Part shown: one piece after another, positions 1 through 12,782 of the stretch | Numbering within the stretch: position 1 is the stretch's first letter | Layout: each line of letters starts with the position of its first letter | IMG/VR virus record: IMGVR_UViG_2671180676_000009 | DNA from: a virus | Taxonomy: Duplodnaviria; Heunggongvirae; Uroviricota; Caudoviricetes | Direction: 5' to 3' (one strand) | Length of the DNA: 34,976 nucleotides | Notes under the pieces: generated by a model | Told to the model about the DNA's origin: nothing | What the model saw: only the letters and a program-made list of their open reading frames with translations | Database searches by the model: none | Position numbers and translations under genes: made by a program

Positions 1-252
1 ATGATGAACATCGAAGAACTGCGTAAAATTTTTTGTGAAGATGGCCTCTATGCTGTGTGCGTTGAAAATGGAAATCTTGTTAGTCATTACCGCATTATGT
101 GTTTGCGAAAGAATGGGGCTGCGTTAATTAATTTTGTGGATGCTCGGGTCACGGACGGATTTATCTTGCGCGAAGGTGAGTTTGTCACTTCATTACAGGC
201 ATTGAAAGAGATCGGAATAAAAGCTGGCTTTTCTGCTTTTTCAGGAGAATAA
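1..252 (+). CDS. rem: Rem-like small prophage protein (83 aa), function unknown
   Basis: 83-aa ORF starting at window position 1; matches my recollection of Qin Rem in size and position upstream of ydfU. Confidence 0.55.
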   Translation: MMNIEELRKIFCEDGLYAVCVENGNLVSHYRIMCLRKNGAALINFVDARVTDGFILREGEFVTSLQALKEIGIKAGFSAFSGE

Positions 253-318
253 ACTCATCTACAATCTTGCGCGGGGCTGAACTCCCGCTGAGTAACACCG
301 TGCCACCGGAGAAAACCG

Positions 319-597
319 ATGGCACGCAACGCAAAATATTACAATTCTGATAATTCGCCCGTTCTTGCCTGCACGCACGGGCGGTATTCTCACGCATTCA
401 AGTCTGAATGGTTCCAGCACCCTCCATGCACTGCAGAACAGGCCGAATGGCTGATTCATTCTTACCGCAGGCGCGGGTTCGAGGTTAAGAAAGCTCTCAG
501 TCTCGACTATCGGCACTGGATAATCTCTGTCAGGCTGCCTTATTCCGAACGCCCACCACGTGCGTCCCGCACTTCCCAGCAACGGATCTGGAGGTAA
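319..597 (+). CDS. Hypothetical protein (92 aa)
   Basis: ATG at 319 with GGAG 7 nt upstream; stop TAA 595-597 lies 1 nt before the GTG start of the next gene, suggesting translational coupling; no family recognised. Confidence 0.4.
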   Translation: MARNAKYYNSDNSPVLACTHGRYSHAFKSEWFQHPPCTAEQAEWLIHSYRRRGFEVKKALSLDYRHWIISVRLPYSERPPRASRTSQQRIWR

Positions 598-598
598 C

Positions 599-1648
599 GT
601 GCGGGTATTACTTAGACCTGTTCTGGTGCCTGAGCTTGGGCTGGTGGTCCTTAAGCCGGGCCGTGAATCCATACAGATATTTCATAATCCTCGAGTGCTG
701 GTGGAACCGGAACCAAAAAGCATGCGTAATCTGCCATCCGGAGTCGTTCCTGCCGTTCGCCAGCCGCTGGCGGAAGACAAAACATTGCTGCCGTTTTTTA
801 GTAACGAACGGGTGATTCGTGCTGCTGGCGGCGTTGGCGCATTGTCCGACTGGCTATTACGTCATGTTACATCCTGCCAGTGGCCTAATGGCGATTACCA
901 TCACACTGAAACAGTCATTCACCGTTATGGTACCGGCGCAATGGTGTTGTGCTGGCACTGCGACAACCAACTGCGTGACCAGACATCGGAATCACTGGAG
1001 CTGCTTGCTCAACAAAATCTGACAGCATGGGTGATTGACGTCATCCGTCACGCAATAAGCGGTACGCAGGAGCGGGAATTATCTTTGGCTGAATTATCCT
1101 GGTGGGCGGTCTGCAATCAGGTGGTGGATGCACTACCTGAGGCTGTATCGCGTCGTTCGCTGGGATTACCAGCGGAAAAAATCTGCTCGGTGTACCGCGA
1201 AAGCGACATCGTACCGGGAGAGCAGACCGCCACCAGCATATTGAAACAACGCACAAAAAATCTTGCACCGTTGCCTTACGCCCACCAGCAACAAAAATCA
1301 CCACAGGAAAAGACGGTGGTAAGCATCACCGTTGATCCAGAGTCTCCGGAATCTTTCATGAAGCTGCCTAAACGTCGCCGCTGGGTTAAGGAGAAATACA
1401 CACGTTGGGTTAAGACACAGCCGTGTGCTTGCTGCGGTATGCCAGCCGACGATCCGCATCATCTGATTGGTCACGGGCAGGGCGGAATGGGAACAAAAGC
1501 ACATGATCTCTTTGTGTTGCCTTTGTGCAGAAAGCATCACAACGAGCTGCATACGGATACAGTGGCATTTGAAGATAAGTATGGCTCCCAACTGGAGCTG
1601 ATATTTCGTTTTATCGATCGCGCGCTGACAATTGGCGTACTGGCGTAA
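599..1648 (+). CDS. ydfU: YdfU-like DUF968 protein with C-terminal Cys/His cluster (349 aa)
   Basis: GTG start at 599 preceded by GGAGG (590-594); C-terminus CACCG...DPHHLIGHG...CRKHHNELH; sits immediately upstream of Q as in Qin. Confidence 0.7.
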   Translation: MRVLLRPVLVPELGLVVLKPGRESIQIFHNPRVLVEPEPKSMRNLPSGVVPAVRQPLAEDKTLLPFFSNERVIRAAGGVGALSDWLLRHVTSCQWPNGDYHHTETVIHRYGTGAMVLCWHCDNQLRDQTSESLELLAQQNLTAWVIDVIRHAISGTQERELSLAELSWWAVCNQVVDALPEAVSRRSLGLPAEKICSVYRESDIVPGEQTATSILKQRTKNLAPLPYAHQQQKSPQEKTVVSITVDPESPESFMKLPKRRRWVKEKYTRWVKTQPCACCGMPADDPHHLIGHGQGGMGTKAHDLFVLPLCRKHHNELHTDTVAFEDKYGSQLELIFRFIDRALTIGVLA

Positions 1649-1661
1649 GTGGAGAACGAGC

Positions 1662-2414
1662 ATGAACCTTGAAGCCTTACCAAAATATTACTCCCCAAAA
1701 TCTCCAAAATTGAGCGATGACGCTCCAGCGACAGGCACCGGTTGTTTAACAATTACGGATGTAATGGCAGCGCAGGGGATGGTGCAGTCGAAAGCACCAC
1801 TTGGGTTGGCCTTATTTCTGGCAAAAGTTGGTGTTCAGGACCCTCAGTTTGCGATTGAAGGCCTGCTAAATTACGCGATGGCACTGGATAACCCGACATT
1901 GAACAAATTGAGTGAAGAAATCCGGTTACAGATTATTCCTTACCTCGTGAGTTTTGCCTTTGCTGATTACTCCAGGTCTGCGGCAAGTAAGGCTCGCTGT
2001 GAGCATTGTTCAGGTACGGGATTTTATAATGTATTGCGCGAAGTGGTGAAACACTACAGACGCGGGGAATCTGTAATCAAGGAAGAATGGGTGAAGGAAC
2101 TATGTCAGCATTGCCATGGTAAGGGCGAAGCCAGCACAGCGTGCAGAGGGTGTAAGGGTAAAGGGATTGTTCTGGATGAAAAAAGAACCCGGTTTCATGG
2201 CGTACCGGTATATAAGATTTGTGGGCGTTGTAATGGAAACCGGTTTAGTCGTTTACCGACCACGCTGGCACGACGTCATGTCCAGAAGCTGGTACCAGAC
2301 CTGACCGATTATCAGTGGTATAAGGGGTATGCGGACGTCATTGGTAAACTGGTAACAAAGTGCTGGCAGGAAGAAGCATACGCGGAAGCGCAATTGAGGA
2401 AGGTGACGAGATAA
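1662..2414 (+). CDS. quuQ: Late-gene antiterminator Q (250 aa, phage 21/82-like class)
   Basis: ATG 1662 with GGAG 7 nt upstream; four CxxCxG-type zinc-finger repeats (CEHCSGTG, CQHCHGKG, CRGCKGKG, CGRCNGNR); N-terminus MNLEALPKYY as in Qin QuuQ. Confidence 0.85.
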   Translation: MNLEALPKYYSPKSPKLSDDAPATGTGCLTITDVMAAQGMVQSKAPLGLALFLAKVGVQDPQFAIEGLLNYAMALDNPTLNKLSEEIRLQIIPYLVSFAFADYSRSAASKARCEHCSGTGFYNVLREVVKHYRRGESVIKEEWVKELCQHCHGKGEASTACRGCKGKGIVLDEKRTRFHGVPVYKICGRCNGNRFSRLPTTLARRHVQKLVPDLTDYQWYKGYADVIGKLVTKCWQEEAYAEAQLRKVTR

Positions 2415-2445
2415 ATGATTTTTGCTGAAGATGGCGACATGATGT

Positions 2446-2474
2446 TTGCATTTTTCAAAAAATATGGATAAAAT
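2446..2474 (+). promoter_or_regulatory. Putative late promoter pR'-like (TTGCAT, 17-bp spacer, TAAAAT)
   Basis: -35 TTGCAT 2446-2451 and -10 TAAAAT 2469-2474 just downstream of Q and about 45 nt upstream of an intrinsic terminator. Confidence 0.4.
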
Positions 2475-2520
2475 TTTTTCAACGATGGGCTTTGTATACC
2501 CGACGTTAAGAAAAAGTAGA

Positions 2521-2545
2521 AAACCCGCTGATGAGCGGGTTTTGT
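2521..2545. terminator. Bidirectional rho-independent terminator (candidate tR' for + strand, cspF terminator for - strand)
   Basis: Hairpin ACCCGCT-GATG-AGCGGGT flanked by an A-run upstream and a T-rich tract downstream. Confidence 0.6.
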
Positions 2546-2835
2546 GCTTTAAATGGGGCAATGGTAATGTTGAATCTCATCCCGGGACTCATGTCTGTTA
2601 ACTTATTATTTAGCTGGTGACTTGGTTATTTGCCTGATGTTTAAAATGTTTTCTTCCAGTACAATGTCCCTAAACACAATGAGTCTGCTTGTTATATTAT
2701 TAGCAGAGCTATTACGGCCAAAGTACAGCATAAGCTTTTAAAGCCAATCAACCAGTCATCAAGACAGACGGGGTTATTCATAAAAACTCTCCATGTGTGA
2801 TCCGATGGGGCCTGAAATTAAAGCTTTAATATAGC

Positions 2836-3048
2836 TCATGAAAGGTAAACATTGGCAGCTGAAGGGCCACGCAGACCATTTATCCGGCAAAATTCCACGC
2901 GTAATCCGGTGGTAATTTCTTCTGCATCGCGGAGATTGAGCGCTGAAACATGAAGCTGGACATCGATACGACCATCGGATGGGGTGATAAGACCCTTGCC
3001 GCTTTTGCCGTCAAAGGTTTTGACAATTCCTGTCATTTTACGGGACAA
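2836..3048 (-). CDS. cspF: Cold-shock protein family member CspF (70 aa)
   Basis: [26 protein letters not shown]... matches CspF/CspH branch lacking the canonical RNP aromatic motif. Confidence 0.9.
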
Positions 3049-3348
3049 AAAAATTCCTTAATACTGATAACTTGGCGCACTATACACACGTTCCTGAAGA
3101 AAGCTATAGTTTTTTGATGGGGTTGAAGATGGCTGGATGTCTAAAATAAACATTGCTTCATATGTTCAACTATGCGTTAATGATTGCGTCGGTTTGAAGA
3201 ACAGACGATATACGAAGTAGTTTACTAAAGCAGTTCTCATTTCAGGTGTTATTCACTTATTCCTTCTTTGAGTCTCTCCAATTAAGTACGAAGTCGTTTC
3301 TGTTATGCAAACCATTTATGCCGAAAGGCTCAAGTTAAGGAATGTAGA

Positions 3349-3564
3349 ATGTCAAATAAAATGACTGGTTTAGTAAAATGGTTTAACGCTGATAAAGGTT
3401 TCGGCTTTATTTCTCCTGTTGATGGTAGTAAAGATGTGTTTGTGCATTTTTCTGCGATTCAGAATGATAATTATCGAACCTTATTTGAAGGTCAAAAGGT
3501 TACCTTCTCTATAGAGAGTGGTGCTAAAGGTCCTGCAGCAGCAAATGTCATCATTACTGATTAA
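3349..3564 (+). CDS. cspB: Cold-shock protein CspB (71 aa)
   Basis: [38 protein letters not shown]...; long AT-rich leader upstream typical of cold-inducible csp genes. Confidence 0.95.
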   Translation: MSNKMTGLVKWFNADKGFGFISPVDGSKDVFVHFSAIQNDNYRTLFEGQKVTFSIESGAKGPAAANVIITD

Positions 3565-3845
3565 AATTCATCGCTCGTCTGTATACGATAACGAAGAAGG
3601 CTGATGCCTGAGTAGAGATACGGACAGAGTAGTGAATATTGGATCTCTTTAATAAAAAGTAAGGAGGTCCAATACATGAAACAATGGCTAGCATATTTGG
3701 CAAAATCTTAATCAGGAAAAGTATGCTAACCATTGTGGTGAAGTGCAGGTTTGCTGCATGAATAGTTTTACAGCAGAAGCTAACTGCTGGCATGGCAAAA
3801 CAAAGTGCGTAAGTGGATGACTCCCACAAAAAGCACCACAATCTC

Positions 3846-3870
3846 AAACCCGCTCAGGCGGGTTTTTTAT
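3846..3870 (+). terminator. Rho-independent terminator
   Basis: Hairpin CCCGC-TCAG-GCGGG followed by TTTTTT at 3863-3868. Confidence 0.6.
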
Positions 3871-3927
3871 TATCTGCTTTAAATATATTATTAAAATATA
3901 AAAAATACTTGTTACTAATAAAATCAA

Positions 3928-4098
3928 TCAGGCTACAGCTTTAAGATTTGTCTGGAATACTTTGTTGCAATGAGGGCAGATCAAAAGGGCACCTTTTTGT
4001 ACTCTTGAAAAACTGTGTTCTGACTCTTGGGTGCAGTTTGGGCAGGAACATTTAACGAGATAATTACGGCGTGATTTTGAGTTTTTACGTTCTGACAT
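3928..4098 (-). CDS. Small C4 zinc-ribbon protein (56 aa), antisense to the late operon
   Basis: ATG at 4098 (minus) with AGGAAA 5 nt upstream; MSERKNSKSRRNYLVKCSCPNC-x18-CPHC (Cx2C...Cx2C) with basic N-terminus. Confidence 0.45.
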   Translation of the reverse strand: MSERKNSKSRRNYLVKCSCPNCTQESEHSFSRVQKGALLICPHCNKVFQTNLKAVA

Positions 4099-4317
4099 AG
4101 GCTTTTCCTGTATAAATGGCCGTATACAGTACACTAAATATGAAAACATTTCTCGTATTATTATTTTATATATGACTTTCTTTCAAAATAATTACCCACA
4201 TTTTTAATGTGTATGTTTTTTTAGCGCCGTTGAGAACAACGTGTGCTGTCAAAACTACCCCGTAGACTCCGATCTTTTCAAACATATTGCACCATCCGTG
4301 TACATCGGGGTGAGGAT

Positions 4318-4533
4318 ATGAAATCAATGGATAAGTTAACAACAGGTGTTGCCTATGGCACATCGGCGGGTAATGCTGGTTTCTGGGCATTGCAGTTACT
4401 CGATAAAGTAACTCCGTCACAGTGGGCTGCAATCGGTGTGCTGGGTAGCCTGGTTTTTGGCCTGCTGACGTATCTGACAAATCTTTATTTCAAGATTAAA
4501 GAAGACAGGCGTAAGGCTGCGAGAGGAGAGTAA
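4318..4533 (+). CDS. essQ: Holin, phage 21 S-type pinholin (71 aa) with dual-start motif MKSM
   Basis: [28 protein letters not shown]...[35 protein letters not shown]; RBS GGGGTGAGG before ATG; two TMDs. Confidence 0.9.
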   Translation: MKSMDKLTTGVAYGTSAGNAGFWALQLLDKVTPSQWAAIGVLGSLVFGLLTYLTNLYFKIKEDRRKAARGE

Positions 4534-4537
4534 TCCA

Positions 4538-4845
4538 ATGACTCAAGACTATGAACTGGTTGTGAAAGGAGTCCGTAATTTTGAGAATAAAGTTACGGTA
4601 ACTGTAGCCTTACAGGACAAAGAACGCTTTGACGGTGAAATTTTTGACCTGGATGTCGCCATGGACCGTGTTGAAGGAGCTGCGCTGGAGTTTTATGAGG
4701 CAGCAGCCAGAAGGAGCGTCCGGCAAGTCTTCCTGGAAGTAGCAGAAAAATTGTCAGAAAAAGTTGAGTCTTATCTGCAGCATCAGTACTCCTTTAAGAT
4801 TGAAAATCCTGCCAATAAGCACGAGCGTCCTCATCATAAATATCT

Positions 4846-4849
<4 letters not shown>
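4538..4849 (+). CDS. ydfR: YdfR-like protein (DUF1327) inserted between holin and endolysin (103 aa)
   Basis: ORF follows holin stop by 4 nt with GAGAGGAGAG RBS; matches Qin YdfR. Confidence 0.8.
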
Positions 4850-5873
<1,024 letters not shown>

Positions 5874-6234
5874 GGTAATATTAAATCGGAACATTTACAT
5901 CGCGGAATGTAAAATTTAAATAAAAAGGACTCTTCCATGAGCCAAAATTCCTGAAATCTTAAGGGTAAGATAAAAGGTCTTAATCAGAATGACACGTTTT
6001 ATTAATAAATAAAGCTATTCTTTCATTGCTGTGTTTTTCTTTACAAAAGTAATCCTTGCTATGGGTGGTTAATCATGCGTTAATGGTGTTCTGGTTTGTT
6101 ACAAATTTATCTGAAGCAGTCATTGTTATAATTTTATTATTTGTACCTCTTGAGATTTCCTTGTTGGTTTTTCTCTCTGATATTTTTTTCGGACCATTCT
6201 GCCCAAGGGCTAATTTCTTCAAAAGGTAATAATT

Positions 6235-6447
6235 ATGTCTAACAAAATGACTGGTTTAGTGAAATGGTTTAACCCTGAAAAAGGTTTTGGTTTCATCACG
6301 CCGAAAGATGGCAGCAAAGATGTGTTTGTCCATTTCTCAGCAATTCAGAGCAACGATTTCAAAACATTAACTGAGAATCAGGAAGTTGAATTTGGTATTG
6401 AGAACGGACCTAAAGGTCCTGCCGCTGTTCATGTAGTGGCGCTTTGA
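6235..6447 (+). CDS. cspI: Cold-shock protein CspI (70 aa)
   Basis: [42 protein letters not shown]...; long AT-rich 5' leader. Confidence 0.95.
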   Translation: MSNKMTGLVKWFNPEKGFGFITPKDGSKDVFVHFSAIQSNDFKTLTENQEVEFGIENGPKGPAAVHVVAL

Positions 6448-6652
6448 GGTAGACAATATTACAAACCATATTCACTTTAGATGCCCGTGTTGTCATGGTT
6501 CCCAGTATAGAACATCATCTTTTGATGTTTCTGACATGAATCCTTTCGGGGCAAAATGTATCTTTTGTAAATCAATGATGATTACATTTGATAATATTTC
6601 ACAATACTTAAATGCCAGCCGTCTGTCGTTGGATTTAAAAAAGTGAAAATGA

Positions 6653-6675
6653 AGGCTCCTTCGGGAGCTTTTTTG
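6653..6675 (+). terminator. Rho-independent terminator
   Basis: Hairpin GGCTCC-TTCG-GGAGCT followed by TTTTTT. Confidence 0.6.
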
Positions 6676-6718
6676 CTTGGTGTCTATTCGATGGATACTC
6701 ACATACTACGGTAACATC

Positions 6719-6949
6719 ATGAAAAAAATCATAGTTTTTTTTAACTCTGAACCAGCAGTGGTAGTGCCAGCGATGACTGGAGTTAACACCATCATGCGTG
6801 AATATCCAAATGGCGAAAAAACACACCTTACTGTAATGGCCGCAGGGTTTCCATCTCTGACCGGAGATCATAAAGTCATTTATGTAGCCGCGGATCGACA
6901 TGTTACTTCAGAAGAAATTCTGGAAGCAGCAATAAGGCTCTTGAGTTGA
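6719..6949 (+). CDS. Hypothetical small protein in the cold-shock locus (76 aa from MKKIIV; possibly ynfN/ymcE-like)
   Basis: ORF in the position occupied by ynfN in K-12 Qin (between cspI and gnsB); start chosen at first ATG after the terminator; weak RBS. Confidence 0.4.
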   Translation: MKKIIVFFNSEPAVVVPAMTGVNTIMREYPNGEKTHLTVMAAGFPSLTGDHKVIYVAADRHVTSEEILEAAIRLLS

Positions 6950-7120
6950 TTTGATGCTATTGCATTGATAATTCAGGAAAATTCTCTTTGTCTGCTTGTG
7001 TAAAATTTAGACTATCGTATGTTGATTATTGCGATGTTTCATCTTATCTTTTACACGTTTGCACCATATAATCGACTTACTGTGTAACTGGAAAGTCATA
7101 ACAGACTAAAAGAGGAAATG

Positions 7121-7294
7121 ATGAATATTGAAAACTTAAAAACAAAAGCAGAAGCAGATATTTCTGAATATATAACAAAAAAAATTATTGAACTTAAGAA
7201 AAAGACCGGGAAAGAAGTTACCAGTATTCAGTTTACCGCACGGGAAAAAATGACGGGTCTTGAAAGCTATGATGTCAAGATTAATTTAATCTGA
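7121..7294 (+). CDS. gnsB: GnsA/GnsB-family small protein (57 aa)
   Basis: MNIENLKTKAEADISEYITKKIIELKKKTGKEVTSIQFTAREKMTGLESYDVKINLI; GAGG 6 nt upstream; below the 60-aa cutoff of the ORF track. Confidence 0.7.
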   Translation: MNIENLKTKAEADISEYITKKIIELKKKTGKEVTSIQFTAREKMTGLESYDVKINLI

Positions 7295-7445
7295 TGTATT
7301 CAATAATAAAATTTATCCATAAACCTCGTTTTTACGGGGTTTTGTTATATTTGAATGGTTCCGAATATCTAAATCACAATTGTTGATGGTTTTTATTAAA
7401 CCAATGCAGTCCGGCTCAGGAGTGAGAGAAGCCGGACGTTATGGT

Positions 7446-7856
7446 TTAGCGTGGTAAGATCTGTGTAGTTTTCTGGATGCTTTCAGTAAATAGTAATGAA
7501 TTATCAAAGGTATAGTAATATCTTTTTTGTTCGTGGATATTTGTAACCCACCGAAAAACTCCTGCTTTAGCAAGGTTTCTTCTGTATTCCTGAAATGTGA
7601 TCTCTCTGGATTTCAGCTTATTAGAGGTCGTTTCTATAAGATGCCTATCCTTTGAAAATTTGACAGACACAATGTTTTTTAGGCCCTTTAATAACACTGT
7701 ATTATCATTTTTTAATACAATATGAACATTCTCTGTGGCTAAATAGTAAATGTAATGTGAGACATTGTGACGTTTTAGCTCAGAATAAAACCATTGATAG
7801 TTTAAATCGTTTCGAACTTTATCAAATATTTGTTTAAAAATGACTACCTGATCCAT
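7446..7856 (-). CDS. ydfO: YdfO-like DUF1398 protein (136 aa)
   Basis: [40 protein letters not shown]...; GGAAGG 7 nt upstream of ATG at 7856. Confidence 0.8.
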
Positions 7857-7913
7857 AGATAAACCTTCCATGTGATATGAGGGGGCGTAGTCTGCACGAT
7901 TATCTAAATTGCT

Positions 7914-8147
7914 TCAATCTGGTCTGACCTGTTTTCTGAGCAATTCAGTAATGTCACTCTTTTCTTTGTTTGCTTCAGAAGAAACTCTTTTTTCTGAGCA
8001 CAGTCTCCGGCGGCAGGCTTCAATGACCCAGGCTGAGAAATTCCCGGACCCTTTTTGCTCAAGAGCGATGTTAATTTGTTCAATCATTTGGTTAGGAAAG
8101 CGGATGTTGCGGGTTGTTGTTCTGCGGGTTCTGTTCTTCGTTGACAT
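7914..8147 (-). CDS. ynfO: Arc/Mnt-like ribbon-helix-helix protein (77 aa), homologue of the rightmost lambda ORF
   Basis: N-terminal basic tail then IRFPNQMIEQINIALEQKGS-GNFSAWVIEACRRRL (beta-strand/helix/helix pattern as in Arc); lies immediately beside cos. Confidence 0.7.
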   Translation of the reverse strand: MSTKNRTRRTTTRNIRFPNQMIEQINIALEQKGSGNFSAWVIEACRRRLCSEKRVSSEANKEKSDITELLRKQVRPD

Positions 8148-8346
8148 GAGGTTGCCCCGTATTCAGTGTCGCTGATTTGTATTGTCTGAAGTTGTTTTTA
8201 CGTTAAGTTGATGCAGATCAATTAATACGATACCTGCGTCATAATTGATTATTTGACGTGGTTTGATGGCCTCCACGCACGTTGTGATATGTAGATGATA
8301 ATCATTATCACTTTACGGGTCCTTTCCGGTGATCCGACAGGTTACG

Positions 8347-8358
8347 GGGCGGCGACCT
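8347..8358 (+). other. cos: cosN cohesive-end sequence GGGCGGCGACCT (12-nt lambda-type 5' overhang)
   Basis: Exact lambda left-end sequence GGGCGGCGACCTCGCGGGTTTTCGCTATTTATG preceded by the lambda right-end sequence ...CCGACAGGTTACG. Confidence 0.9.
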
Positions 8359-8530
8359 CGCGGGTTTTCGCTATTTATGAAAATTTTCCGGTTTAAGGTG
8401 TTTCCGTTCTTCTTCGTCGTAACTTAATGTTTTTATTTAAAATACCCCCTGAAAAGAAAGGAAACGACAGGTGCTGAAAACGAGCTTTTGGGCCTCTGTC
8501 GTTTCCTATCTCTGTTTTTGTCCGTGGAAT
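8359..8530 (+). promoter_or_regulatory. cosB: terminase small-subunit binding repeats R3, R2, R1 between cosN and Nu1
   Basis: CGTTTCC-type repeats at about 8399-8416 (R3), 8457-8471 (R2, inverted) and 8496-8512 (R1), as in lambda. Confidence 0.75.
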
Positions 8531-8535
8531 GAACA

Positions 8536-9055
8536 ATGGAAGTCAACAAAAAGCAGCTGGCTGACATTTTCGGTGCGAGTATCCGTACCATTCAGAACTG
8601 GCAGGAACAGGGAATGCCCGTTCTGCGAGGTGGTGGCAAGGGTAATGAGGTGCTTTATGACTCTGCCGCCGTTATAAGATGGTATGCCGAAAGGGATGCT
8701 GAAATTGAGAACGAAAAGCTGCGCCGGGAAGTTGAAGAACTGCGGCAGGCCAGCGAGACAGATCTCCAGCCAGGGACTATTGAGTACGAACGCCATCGAC
8801 TTACGCGTGCGCAGGCCGACGCACAGGAGCTGAAAAATGCCAGAGACTCCGCTGAAGTGGTGGAAACCGCATTCTGTACTTTCGTGCTGTCGCGGATCGC
8901 AGGTGAAATTGCCAGTATTCTCGACGGGATCCCCCTGTCGGTGCAGCGGCGTTTTCCGGAACTGGAAAACCGACATGTTGATTTCCTGAAACGGGATATC
9001 ATCAAAGCCATGAACAAAGCAGCCGCGCTGGATGAACTGATACCGGGGTTGCTGA

Positions 9056-9081
<26 letters not shown>
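8536..9081 (+). CDS. nu1: Terminase small subunit Nu1 (181 aa)
   Basis: MEVNKKQLADIFGASIRTIQNWQEQGMPVLRGGGKGNEVLYD... near-identical to lambda Nu1. Confidence 0.95.

Positions 9082-12762
<3,681 letters not shown>

Positions 12763-12782
<20 letters not shown>

Noticed and set aside
560-598. Upstream extension of ydfU from the ORF-track start at 560
   Set aside because: Would overlap the preceding ORF by 38 nt with no RBS; GTG at 599 has GGAGG upstream and gives the expected 349 aa
259-672. 137-aa minus-strand ORF overlapping the rem / hypothetical / ydfU region
   Set aside because: Pro/Arg/Gly-rich translation with no RBS, antisense to better-supported plus-strand genes; likely a frame artefact
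3554-3847. 97-aa minus-strand ORF across the cspB 3' region
   Set aside because: Overlaps the cspB stop and terminator, low-complexity hydrophobic translation, no RBS
4166-4480. 104-aa minus-strand ORF antisense to the holin gene
   Set aside because: Antisense to the well-supported holin; no start context
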